Assembly (NCBI GenBank): GCA_045114775.1
Contig: JBGULC010000013.1
Coordinates: forward strand, 49,176 to 113,175
Length of the DNA stretch: 64,000 bases
Direction of reading: 5' to 3'
From: Christensenellales bacterium
GTDB lineage: Bacteria; Bacillota; Clostridia; Christensenellales; CAG-138
Shown: in pieces, positions 41,301 to 49,878 of the stretch
Layout of the letters: every line of letters begins with the position of its first letter
How positions within the stretch are numbered: the first letter of the stretch is position 1
Notes under the pieces: model-generated
Told to the model about the DNA's origin: nothing
Database searches by the model: none
What the model saw: only the letters and a program-made list of their open reading frames with translations
Position numbers and translations under genes: made by a program

Positions 41301-42032
41301 GCGGGGGCGGAGCCTGAGATCCTGGTCATCAACAACCTTTCCGCCGACGGCATTCGCCGTTCTGTGGACCGCTTCGCCGAAGCGCTGAAAAGCGCGCAGA
41401 TCGTCTTTATTCCGGGCGGCTTTTCCGGCGGCGACGAACCGGACGGCAGCGGCAAGTTCATCACCGCGTTCTTCCGGAACGCGGCGATCCGCGAAGGCGT
41501 GACGACGCTATTAGAGAGGCGCGACGGCCTGATGCTGGGCGTCTGCAACGGCTTTCAGGCGCTCATTAAGCTCGGGCTCGTGCCGTACGGAAGGATCACC
41601 GATCCGGATCCGGACAGCCCGACCCTGACGTTCAACACCATCGGACGTCACCAATCCCGCATCGTACGTACCCGCATCGTTTCCGATAAGTCGCCGTGGT
41701 TCTCGGGGCTTCGGGTCGGGGAAATCGTCAACGTACCGATCTCGCACGGCGAAGGACGCTTCATTGCCTCCGACGCCATGCTGAGCGAGCTGATCCGAAA
41801 CGGGCAGATCGCCACGCAGTACGTGGACCTGAACGGCGTTCCGACCTCCGACCTGCGGTTCAATCCGAACGGCTCCGTCCTTGCCGTCGAGGGGATCACC
41901 TCGCCTGACGGCCGGGTCCTCGGCAAGATGGGACACTCCGAACGCATCGGCGCCGACCTGTATAAAAACGTTCCCGGCAGCTACGACAGCCATCTGTTCG
42001 AATCGGCTGTCCGCTATTTCCGCGGGAACTGA
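38334..42032 (+). CDS. purL: Large single-chain FGAM synthase (PurS/L/Q fused)
   Basis: YWSDHCRH, KNETHNHPTEIEPFGGAAT, DFGAGG, ESQERM, GGKDSMS, glutaminase FPGTNCE, GVCNGFQ, MGHSER; start at MVYRI. Confidence 0.95.
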   Translation: MVYRIYVEKKPGFAQEAEALCGELRSFLGIAGLNKVRILNRYDAETISREQFEAAVSTVFSEPQVDDAAEVVDLSDADAVFAVEYLPGQFDQRADSAAQCIQILFQSERPVIRSAKVYAFYGTLNAEDLTRIKKYVINPVEAREAAQELPETLRIPYEIPTAVRTLDGFRTRNEAELSGMIRDYGLAMDEADIAFCQAYFRDEDRDPTITELRMIDTYWSDHCRHTTFHTIIDSVRFADPELQKTYEDYFALRKELGRTKPPCLMDLATIAVRDLKRKGKLDKLDESEEINACTVKITVDVDGKPEPWLLLFKNETHNHPTEIEPFGGAATCIGGAIRDPLSGRAYVYGAMRVTGAADPTTPVSETIPGKLPQRKLVTTAAAGYSSYGNQIGLATGLVEELYHPGYAAKRMEIGAVIAAAPQANVRRERPIPGDVVILLGGSTGRDGIGGATGSSKAHTTHSVEVCGAEVQKGNAPEERKLQRLFRSPEAARLIKRCNDFGAGGVSVAIGELADGVKIDLNAVPRKYEGLDGTELAISESQERMAVVVAAGDAPRFLELAASENLQACVVAKVTEEPRLVMEWNGRRIVDLSRAFLDSNGAEKHIDIETVAPQKEEPAEETSFRAACEHIADDLNLCSHRGLSERFDSTIGAGTVLMPFGGKHQLTPIQAMVHKIAAEQGQIDDCSLMAYGFDPYLSSRSPYHGAYLAVTDSVSKLVASGAKFEDVYLSFQEYFAKPGRDPKRWGQPLSALLGAFRAQTELGVGAIGGKDSMSGTFEKLDVPPTLVSFAVTTDKTAHIVSPEFKAAGHSAVLFAPERDENGLPKAASLLALFDRITALQRAGIVTACRAVGFGGILEGVLKMSFGNGFGFRFDETLSVNELTQKQYGAFLAEVTEDVSDGKPVGVVTEAPFFTYGETSLDAEALRLKWERRLESVYPAGIEETVETYEALSYHTERRTAPAVRCAKPRVLIPVFPGTNCEYDSARAVREAGAEPEILVINNLSADGIRRSVDRFAEALKSAQIVFIPGGFSGGDEPDGSGKFITAFFRNAAIREGVTTLLERRDGLMLGVCNGFQALIKLGLVPYGRITDPDPDSPTLTFNTIGRHQSRIVRTRIVSDKSPWFSGLRVGEIVNVPISHGEGRFIASDAMLSELIRNGQIATQYVDLNGVPTSDLRFNPNGSVLAVEGITSPDGRVLGKMGHSERIGADLYKNVPGSYDSHLFESAVRYFRGN

Positions 42033-42241
42033 CCGAACGGACTTAGCAGCACACGCCGGTCGCATCCCCGGGAGGCGCAGCACAATTCTTCTCTGCAGAA
42101 AGAAAAACAAAGACCGCCGTCTGAGGGCTTCACTTAGGGATTTGGCAAAACAACCATATTTCAAGTGAGATAGCCTTCAAGCGGGGTCAAATGAAATAAC
42201 GGCTATATTGAGCATCGTAGCCCGATATAGTCGTTTTTCTT

Positions 42242-43360
42242 TTATATGGATGCATCAAATACGCTTATTAGTTTTGTTCGCACGTCTGGTCTGCTGGGAA
42301 CATCGATTATTCCAAAACCGAGTTTCGCACCATTTATTTGATGGCGGATATGCGGCGCGATGAAAGTATTGTAGAGGTCAGCAGCAAATTCATATGATCC
42401 ATGGGTCAGGAGCTGGCCCCGGATAAATCCGTTGAAAGCGCCAACCACATAATCCGCCAACTGCACGCCGGGACTATAGATGTGGCTCAAGAGATCGATC
42501 TGATCCTTTTTGATCTCTTTGCCGTCGGGCGTCACGTAATCGTCGGCTTCCGCCACGAACGTCATCTTGGGGATGCCCGGCGTGTCCCATGCGGAGCGGG
42601 TGTAGTCCTCGATCAGACCGAGCTTCACGGCGGCAAGACCGCGTACCTTTTCCAGAAGATCGAGCTTTGCTTCGTCGGCGTCCAGCGCGGAGGGCAGCTC
42701 CTTGCCGGTCAAGCCAAGATCCTTCGCGCGGGCAAAGACCAGCGGATTGGCGGCGTCCACGATCGAGACCTCCACGGGACCGAAGCCCGGAACGTCCAGA
42801 ACGTCGATCGCGTTGCCGGTGGGCAAAAGCCCGTGTCCCAGGGTCCCGGAGGGATCGACAAATTTCAGCTTCACCGGCGACGCCGTTCCCGGAACGCCCG
42901 CAATGGCAAAATCGCCGTCATAGTCCACGCAGCCGTCGGCGGTGTGAACGTCGGCTTCGATGATCTTGTCGGTATTGGTGTTGTAGATGCGCACGGAGGT
43001 CAGACAGTCCTTCGGCTCCACAAGACTCTTTTCAATGGCAAAGGGACCGGCGCCGGAGGAGATGTTGCCGCAGTTGCCCTTGTAGCTGACGAGCGGCTTA
43101 TCCACGGAGACCTGCGCAAAGGTGTAATCCACGTCGGCGTCCGGGCGATCGGATTTCTTGACGATGGCGACCTTGCTGGTCACCGATTGCGAGCCGCCGA
43201 GCCCGTCGATCTGCTTTTTGTCGGGGCTGCCCATGAGCCGCAGGAGCAGCGGTTCCCATTCCGCTTTGTCGGCAGGCAGATCGGTTTCCAGAATGTAGAC
43301 GCCCTTGCTGGTGCCGCCGCGGAGAATGGTCACGGGAAGTCTGGTTACGGTTTTCGTCAT
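42242..43360 (-). pseudogene. PrpF-family isomerase (3-methylitaconate isomerase-like), truncated and fused in frame to an unrelated DUF3800-like C-terminus
   Basis: RGGTSKG, QIDGLGGSQSVTSKVAI, GNCGNISS, IAGVPGT, VDAANP; after IDLLS (about 42485) the sequence switches to HIYSPGVQLADYVVGAF, lacks the expected MQKxH...A.TG half-site and becomes more AT-rich. Confidence 0.7.
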
Positions 43361-43626
43361 AAGATACCCTCCTCTGTGAAAAAAGTGCTTTCAAGCCGGG
43401 CACGCTTTGGCAATGGGACGTATCCGCCTTTTTCCAATGCGGCTCTGCCCTCATGATTCTCTATATATTATTATGACTGTTATTTGCAATAATCAAATCG
43501 AACATCCGCTGAATTTGCATAAATATACATAACGTTTCCAGTGCAGATAACAGATCGTGAAGCCAAAAGCAAGGATATCGAATCGGTTTGTCTGGCCTGA
43601 AGCCCCGTGCTTCGGGACTTTTTTGA

Positions 43627-43655
43627 TTGCAAATAACCCGGAAAACGGCTATAAT
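43627..43655 (+). promoter_or_regulatory. Sigma-A promoter of the flavin reductase gene
   Basis: TTGCAA-17 bp-TATAAT. Confidence 0.65.
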
Positions 43656-43685
43656 GACCTTATAAACGAAAAGGAGATTTTCATC

Positions 43686-44237
43686 ATGAGCAGAGTCAAC
43701 TACGGAGCAAAACCGATCATGCTGCCGCAGCCGGTCCTGATTATCGCGACCTACGACGAGAACGGCGTGCCGAACGCCATGAACGCCGCGTGGGGCATTA
43801 CGACGGATTTTTCGGAGATCACGATCAGCCTCGGCAAGCATAAGACCACGGACAATCTGATGATCCGGAAGGCGTTTACGGTCAGCATGGGAACGGAGGA
43901 GACGGTGATCCCGTGCGATTACGTCGGGATCGAATCCGCCGCAAAGGTTCCCGAAAAGTTCAAAAGAGCCGGATTTCACGCCACAAAGAGCGCGTTTGTC
44001 GACGCGCCGCTCATTGACGAGCTTCCGATGGCTCTGGAGTGCAGGGTGAAAAGCTTCAGTGACGGCATCCTCGTCGGCGAGATCGTCAACGTGTCGGCGG
44101 ACGAAAGCGTCGTGACCGACGGCAAAATTGATCTCAAGAAGCTGAAGCCGATCGCGTTCGATCCGTGCAACTATGCCTACGTCGGGCTCGGCGAAAAGGT
44201 GGGCAACGCGTTCAAGGACGGCGCAAAACTGAAATAA
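43686..44237 (+). CDS. Flavin reductase-like (flavoredoxin) family protein
   Basis: PQPVLIIATY...PNAMNAAWG, HKTTDN, DYVGIES, APLIDELP, LEC; start at MSRVN after AAGGAG. Confidence 0.88.
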   Translation: MSRVNYGAKPIMLPQPVLIIATYDENGVPNAMNAAWGITTDFSEITISLGKHKTTDNLMIRKAFTVSMGTEETVIPCDYVGIESAAKVPEKFKRAGFHATKSAFVDAPLIDELPMALECRVKSFSDGILVGEIVNVSADESVVTDGKIDLKKLKPIAFDPCNYAYVGLGEKVGNAFKDGAKLK

Positions 44238-44261
44238 ACCGGCGCTTGATGAGGTATTCAT

Positions 44262-44582
44262 ATGCCGTATGAAGAGGAATCCGTTGTTGCCGAGTGGATG
44301 GATCGGCTCAAAGGGCTGAACGTCCGCACGAAAAAGATGTTCGGCTGCTATTGCCTGTATTGCGACGGGCAGGCAGTCGGCTGGATCCATGACAGCGTTC
44401 TTTCCCTGCGCGAGGTCGGGCTTACGTTTCTCCCCGAAGAGATTCAAAGACCGACCCAGAAAGACAAAATTCAGGAGCTGGTGATTCCTTTTGACTGTAT
44501 CGATGCCGAATGGCTTCCGAAGGCGGTTTTGGACACTGCCGATATCCGGAAGAAACAGGCAGCCCGCAATTTGACGAGATAA
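44262..44582 (+). CDS. TfoX/Sxy N-terminal-domain-like protein
   Basis: RTKKMFGCYCLYCDG...IHD..L.L pattern; GAGGT RBS. Confidence 0.65.
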   Translation: MPYEEESVVAEWMDRLKGLNVRTKKMFGCYCLYCDGQAVGWIHDSVLSLREVGLTFLPEEIQRPTQKDKIQELVIPFDCIDAEWLPKAVLDTADIRKKQAARNLTR

Positions 44583-44630
44583 GGAAAAAACGCAAGAAAG
44601 ATTTGGGCGCGATCTTACGCGGTGATGCGA

Positions 44631-45662
44631 ATGAAAAAGACGAGAGCTATCCTGTATGCGATCCTCGCGGCGGCATTTTATGCCGTCAATATTCCCGTGT
44701 CCAAATTGCTGCTGAACCGTGTCGGAGCCATGACGATGGCTGCGCTGCTTTATCTCGGAGCCGGTATCGGCATCGGGATCGTATCGTTGTTTGATCGAAA
44801 AGAAAAGCGGGAGAAGCTGAACAGGAAGGACCTTCCGTTTGTGATCGGCATGATCGTATTGGATATTGCCGCGCCGATCCTCCTGATGCTCGGATTATCC
44901 ATGGGCTTTGCTTCGAACGCCGCTCTGCTCGGCAATTTCGAGATCGTCGCAACGGCGCTGATTGCGCTTGCGGTATTCAGGGAAACCGTATCAAAGCGCC
45001 TGTGGACAGCGATCGCGCTCATAACGCTTTCCAGTATTCTGCTTTCGTTTGACGGCGCGGAAAGCTTTCGTTTCTCATACGGTTCCCTGCTGGTGCTTGC
45101 GGCAACGATCTGCTGGGGATTTGAAAACAACTGCACGAGAAAAATCTCGTCGAAAAGCACGTATGAGATCGTCATTCTGAAAGGCGTCTTTTCCGGTCTC
45201 GGCGCATTGGCGATCGCTTTTATTCAGAAAGAAACGGTACCGTCGCTTCTTTATATTGCTTTGGCGCTTTTGTTGGGCTTTGTTGCCTACGGTCTGTCCA
45301 TCTTTCTATATGTCCGCGCGCAGAACGTCCTCGGCGCTGCAAAGACGAGCGCGTATTATGCCGTGGCGCCGTTCATCGGCGCGCTGCTGTCCTTTCTTTT
45401 CCTGAAAGAAAAACTGACATGGATGTATCTTGCCGCGCTTGCGGTCATGATCCTCGGAACGGTGTTGGTGGTCATGGATACCCTGATACGGAATCACGCG
45501 CACGTTCATACACATACGTTCACCCATACGCACGACGGTTCGACGCATACGCATACGGTCACCCATTCCCATGCGCATAACCATTACGTCACGGATGAAA
45601 ATCACGGGCACCGGCACACTCGAAGCGAGCTGGAAAAGCTGCCGGGCGCGTCGCACCGGTAG
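44631..45662 (+). CDS. DMT/EamA-family transporter with a His-rich C-terminal tail
   Basis: About ten hydrophobic segments, LLYLGAG, NFEIVAT, ENNCTR, APFIG; tail HAHVHTHTFTHTHDGSTHTHTVTHSHAHNH. Confidence 0.85.
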   Translation: MKKTRAILYAILAAAFYAVNIPVSKLLLNRVGAMTMAALLYLGAGIGIGIVSLFDRKEKREKLNRKDLPFVIGMIVLDIAAPILLMLGLSMGFASNAALLGNFEIVATALIALAVFRETVSKRLWTAIALITLSSILLSFDGAESFRFSYGSLLVLAATICWGFENNCTRKISSKSTYEIVILKGVFSGLGALAIAFIQKETVPSLLYIALALLLGFVAYGLSIFLYVRAQNVLGAAKTSAYYAVAPFIGALLSFLFLKEKLTWMYLAALAVMILGTVLVVMDTLIRNHAHVHTHTFTHTHDGSTHTHTVTHSHAHNHYVTDENHGHRHTRSELEKLPGASHR

Positions 45663-45768
45663 ATCCCGGCTTGCAGAATCGTTTCGGCATCAAACAAAAC
45701 GAAGCAATCCGGGACAGGATTTTTGCCGCATACAGGTTTATCATCTATGGTGAAAGGAGGGAGACCGA

Positions 45769-46614
45769 ATGGATTGGGTCAGGACGATCAATGCCGCCAT
45801 CGACTACATGGAAGACCATCTCAAAGATACGGTTACGCTTTCGGACATAGCGAAGCACGTGCATCTTTCGGCGTTTCATTTTCAGAGGGCGTTTTCTCTG
45901 CTGACGGGCATGTCTCCGGCGGAATACCTGCGGAAAAGACGTCTTTCGCAGGCGGGGGCGGATCTTGTCGGCGGAGAAGAAAAAGTGATCGACGTTGCGA
46001 TGCGGTATGGCTACGATTCGCCGGAGAGCTTCACAAAGGCGTTTACAAGGTTTCACGGCGTGTCGCCGATGCAGGTCAAAAAAGGAAGTCCGATCCGGTT
46101 CATGAACCGGTTCTCCGTCCGGATCACCATGGAAGGAGGCTGTATGATGGAGTACACGATTGAAAAATGGGAAGCGATGGACCTGCTCGTCCATGCGAAA
46201 ACGTTCCATGCCGAAACAAGCGAAGCGGAGATCCCGAAGTTCTGGGACGCATATTCTGCCGATGCCCAATGCAGGAAGGTTCCGGGGTATCTCGGCGTCT
46301 GCGCGCAGACAAAAACGGACGGCGACGAATTCCGATACGGAATCGGCTGCAAAGCGTCCGACGTCAACGGGATCCCGGAGGGATTCGAGATCCTTCATAT
46401 CCCGTCCTACACGTGGGCGGTTTTCAAGTGCGTCGGACCGATGCCCGAGACGATCCAGACCATGTGGGAGAAGATCTACCGGGAATGGCTGCCGGTATCG
46501 GAGTATGAGCTGATCCCCGATTATGACATCGAAAATTACCTGCCCGGCGATCCGGCGTCCTTGGATTACGTCAGCGAGATCTGCATCCCTGTCAGAAAAC
46601 GCAAACAGCAGTGA
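45769..46614 (+). CDS. AraC-family regulator with a GyrI-like effector domain
   Basis: AIDYMEDHL, SAFHFQRAF, YLRKRRL, YGYDSPESFTKAFTRFHG; C-terminal WAVFKC...IYREWLP...EICIPV. Confidence 0.92.
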   Translation: MDWVRTINAAIDYMEDHLKDTVTLSDIAKHVHLSAFHFQRAFSLLTGMSPAEYLRKRRLSQAGADLVGGEEKVIDVAMRYGYDSPESFTKAFTRFHGVSPMQVKKGSPIRFMNRFSVRITMEGGCMMEYTIEKWEAMDLLVHAKTFHAETSEAEIPKFWDAYSADAQCRKVPGYLGVCAQTKTDGDEFRYGIGCKASDVNGIPEGFEILHIPSYTWAVFKCVGPMPETIQTMWEKIYREWLPVSEYELIPDYDIENYLPGDPASLDYVSEICIPVRKRKQQ

Positions 46615-46863
46615 AGGGGATCCGATCACATTGATTTGTCAAAAACCGGTTTTTCGCCGGGATCATCGGACGCATTCAGTCCGCCATACTATTGAAAAAC
46701 GCGCGACGGAGGAGACTTCGACGCGCATTTTTGTCAAAGACTGAAACAAGAATAACCGTTCCTGCTGCGGAACGGTTTTTGATTACGCATTTTTTCATTT
46801 TTTTAATTTCGTTTTAGGAAGCGCCTGTATGATGATATCATCAAAGAAAGCGAGGATGCGCGT

Positions 46864-47793
46864 ATGAATAGCGAACAGGAACCGGTCAAAGTTCAGAAAG
46901 TGTTCCCGGCGATGGGAACGGTACATACGCTCGCCGTCGAAGGAGAACAGGCGCTTATTGCAGCCGAGCAGATCAGGGAACGGATGCAGGAGATGGATCG
47001 GAAATGGTCGGTCTTTCGTGAGGACAGCGAGATTGCTGTGCTGAAACGCGGCGGGCTTGTCACGGTCAGCGAGGATACGATGCGGATTCTCAAAGAGAGC
47101 GTGATGCTCTCCGAAGAGACCGGAGGCGCGTTCGACATCACGGCGGGATCGCTGACAAAGCTCTGGCGGCAGGCAATGCGTGACGAGCGGATCCCGAACA
47201 CGCGCGAGATCTCCGAAGCGCTGCGGCACACCGGCGCGGCAGGCATTCGGATTTTCGGAAATCATGTGAAGCTGAAAAGGGGATGGTCCGTCGACCTCGG
47301 AGGGATCGCAAAGGGCTATGCACTTGACCGGGCGCTGGAACTGCTGAAAGACACGGGAACGGGAAACGCGATTCTGAATCTCGGCGGTACGATCGGCGTG
47401 ACCGGCAGGCCGATCGAAATCGGCATCCGCAACCCCTTCGATCCGGACGGCGAGCCGATGGGCACGCTGACCCTCGACAATCGCTGCGCGGTCACCAGCG
47501 GATCGTACGAACGGTTTGCCCGCATCGACGGCAGGACATTTCATCACATCATTGATCCGCGTATGGGGTACCCCTCCGATTCCGGACTTGTTTCGGCCAC
47601 GCTGATCGGAAGCAATGCGACCGTTCTGGATGCGTTCGCGACCGCGGCGTTTATCCTCGGCCCGTTTTCCGCGATGCCGTTTCTCAAACGGCACGGAATC
47701 GAAGCGATCTTCATCAAAGCGGACGGCAAAGTGCTAAAGACCGAGGGGCTTTCGGACGCATTTCAACTCCGCGCGAATATGCGCACAGCATGA
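46864..47793 (+). CDS. apbE: FAD:protein FMN transferase (ApbE family), no visible signal peptide
   Basis: AMGT, GAFDIT, DLGGIAKGYA, NLGG, TSGSYER, HHIIDPR, DAFATA. Confidence 0.92.
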   Translation: MNSEQEPVKVQKVFPAMGTVHTLAVEGEQALIAAEQIRERMQEMDRKWSVFREDSEIAVLKRGGLVTVSEDTMRILKESVMLSEETGGAFDITAGSLTKLWRQAMRDERIPNTREISEALRHTGAAGIRIFGNHVKLKRGWSVDLGGIAKGYALDRALELLKDTGTGNAILNLGGTIGVTGRPIEIGIRNPFDPDGEPMGTLTLDNRCAVTSGSYERFARIDGRTFHHIIDPRMGYPSDSGLVSATLIGSNATVLDAFATAAFILGPFSAMPFLKRHGIEAIFIKADGKVLKTEGLSDAFQLRANMRTA

Positions 47794-47808
47794 GAAAGGA
47801 AAACCATT

Positions 47809-49635
47809 ATGTTCCAGTATGAAAAAGGATCGATCGTTCTGAAAAACGGCAAACGATTCTCGGTCACGCAGATTCTGCGCCATGTGATCCAGCTCGGCGC
47901 GTTCTTCCTGTTTCCCGGTCTGTTTCTGACCGCGTTCCATGCGATCAGGGATCTGGTCGTTTCTCTGATCCAAGGGACGTTCTCGTTCTCGGCACAGGCG
48001 CCGGGGCTTGTGACGCTTCTGATTCTTTTTGCGGTCACGGCACTGTGGGGACGCTTCTTCTGCGGGTATCTCTGTTCGTTCGGCGCAATGCAGGAACTTG
48101 TTGCGTTTGCTTCCCGTAAGATCATTCCGCGAAAGAAGAGCATTCCCGCAAAGGCGGATCGCATCCTGAAGTTCCTGAAATACGCTGTTCTGTTCGCGAT
48201 CGTGCTCTTTGTGTGGGTACTGCAGCTTCCGGTTGACAGCTCGTTCTCCCCGTGTGGCGTGTTCGGCATGCTCATTTCAGGCAACGGCAGCGTCATGCTT
48301 TCCGCAATCCCGACCGTCGGCTTTGCGATCCTTGTCGCGATCCTGATCGCTTCGTTCTTTGTCGAGCGGTTCTTCTGCCGCTATCTCTGCCCGCTCGGCG
48401 CACTGTTCACACCGGCGTCCAAGGGACGGCTGTTCCGCATCCGCCGGAAGGCGTCTGCCTGCAGCGGCTGCGCGAAATGCTCCCGCACCTGTGCCATGGG
48501 CGTGACCGTGCATGAGAACGATCATGTCACAAGCGGTGAATGCATCGACTGTATGCGCTGCACGGGCGTGTGCGCGCCGGAAGCGCTCACGGCAAATCCG
48601 CATCCCGCAATTGCGGGAACGGCTTCCGCGCTCATTTTGTGCGGTGCGCTCGGCGTCAGCCGCATGATCCCGGTCCAGAGCAGTACGACGGAGGCGGTCG
48701 CTTCGGCAGACGTTGCGCAAGAGCAGGGACGTTATGCGGACGGCGTCTATACCGGCAGCGGCACGGGCTTCCGCGGCGACGTCACATCCAAGGTGACCGT
48801 GCAGAACGGCAAGATCACGGATATCACAATCCTGTCGTATCGCGATGATTCGGATTATTTCGGCCGCGCACAGTCCGGTGTGATCGGCGCAATTCTGTCT
48901 TCGCAGACGCCGCAGGTCAACGCGGTCAGCGGCGCGACGTTTTCCTCCTACGGCATCATGGAATCGGTTGCGGATGCGCTGCAGCTTGTCGAGATCAAGG
49001 ACGTGGTCGCAGAGCAGTCAGAGAGCGCCGAGCAGAACAGATCACAAGGAATGAAGCAGCGCGAGGGTGAGGGCTTCACCATGCAGCCGAATGACGATTC
49101 GCAGAACGGTGAAAGACAGCACGGCAATCGCAGCGCCTCTGAAAACGGAACAGGCGGTCGGGGCGGACATAAGCACAGGACCAAGAACGGCGGCAAATCC
49201 GAAAACGCGGATCAAAATCGAAACAGAGGAAGAGACCGGGATCAAAGCGGAGAACCGGAGCAGGGGACTCTGACGATTGACCCGGAAACGCTTCCGCAGG
49301 AAACGACCGAAACGACGGAACAACCGATCACGGTTTCGGACGGCACCTATATCGGGAAAGGAACCGGCTTCCGCGGCGAAACAGAGGTTTCCGTCACGGT
49401 CGAAAGCGGCAGGATCACCGACATCACGATCCTTTCCTATCGGGACGATGAACGCTACTTTTCCCGCGCGGAGAATTCGATGATCGAAGCGATCCTCAAC
49501 AACCAGTCCCTGCGCGTCAACACCGTCAGCGGCGCGACGTTCTCCTCGAACGGGATTCTGGAAGCCGTCGCCGACGCGTTGGATCTTTCCTTCACCAACC
49601 CGAACACATCTAATAACCGTCAGGGAAGACACTGA
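47809..49635 (+). CDS. NapH/YccM-like polytopic Fe-S membrane protein with two C-terminal FMN-binding domains
   Basis: GRFFCGYLCSFG, RFFCRYLCPLG, CSGCAKCSRTC, CIDCMRCTGVC; two G.Y.G.GTGFRG...V..G.ITDI...SGATFSS repeats separated by a low-complexity linker. Confidence 0.88.
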   Translation: MFQYEKGSIVLKNGKRFSVTQILRHVIQLGAFFLFPGLFLTAFHAIRDLVVSLIQGTFSFSAQAPGLVTLLILFAVTALWGRFFCGYLCSFGAMQELVAFASRKIIPRKKSIPAKADRILKFLKYAVLFAIVLFVWVLQLPVDSSFSPCGVFGMLISGNGSVMLSAIPTVGFAILVAILIASFFVERFFCRYLCPLGALFTPASKGRLFRIRRKASACSGCAKCSRTCAMGVTVHENDHVTSGECIDCMRCTGVCAPEALTANPHPAIAGTASALILCGALGVSRMIPVQSSTTEAVASADVAQEQGRYADGVYTGSGTGFRGDVTSKVTVQNGKITDITILSYRDDSDYFGRAQSGVIGAILSSQTPQVNAVSGATFSSYGIMESVADALQLVEIKDVVAEQSESAEQNRSQGMKQREGEGFTMQPNDDSQNGERQHGNRSASENGTGGRGGHKHRTKNGGKSENADQNRNRGRDRDQSGEPEQGTLTIDPETLPQETTETTEQPITVSDGTYIGKGTGFRGETEVSVTVESGRITDITILSYRDDERYFSRAENSMIEAILNNQSLRVNTVSGATFSSNGILEAVADALDLSFTNPNTSNNRQGRH

Positions 49636-49651
49636 AGGGCAATATAATGAA

Positions 49652-49676
49652 AAAAGTCCCTGATTCAGGGACTTTT
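49652..49676 (+). terminator. Rho-independent terminator
   Basis: AAAAGTCCCTGA-T-TCAGGGACTTTT. Confidence 0.7.
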
Positions 49677-49788
49677 GGTTGCGGGGGGGATTGAAGAGAA
49701 CTTCCCGCTTCTGCTGGGCAGGGAAGTACGGTTCAAAATGTGATTCCTCCGGAAAGTGTTTTATCTTTGCGGATGGTCATTGACACGG
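49676..49788 (+). repeat. Composite direct repeat, copy 1 (att-like)
   Basis: TGGTTGCGGGGG (49676-49687), 34-mer ACTTCCCGCTTCTGCTGGGCAGGGAAGTACGGTT (49700-49733), TGACACGG (49781-49788); same order at 62832-62948. Confidence 0.75.
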
Positions 49789-49809
49789 ATCGATTTTGAA
49801 TCGTATAAT
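49780..49809 (+). promoter_or_regulatory. Consensus sigma-A promoter of the GH5 lipoprotein gene
   Basis: TTGACA-18 bp-TATAAT. Confidence 0.65.
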
Positions 49810-49878
49810 CATTACAGGATCCGATTCCTGACAATAATGTTTTGCTTACCTTACAAAAAAATACAAGGATGCTGCCAT

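Noticed and set aside
43361-43560. AT-rich, LysR-like divergent control region with no regulator gene
   Set aside because: T-N11-A patterns are too degenerate to support a call, and no regulator remnant was recognised.
49000-49330. Low-complexity stretch as an inserted element or tandem repeat
   Set aside because: It is in frame, has no terminal repeats or periodicity, and reads as a disordered linker between the FMN domains.
49676-49696. Possible tRNA-Met gene on the minus strand (also 62832-62850)
   Set aside because: Only a 3'-end-like 12-mer matches; no cloverleaf can be built.
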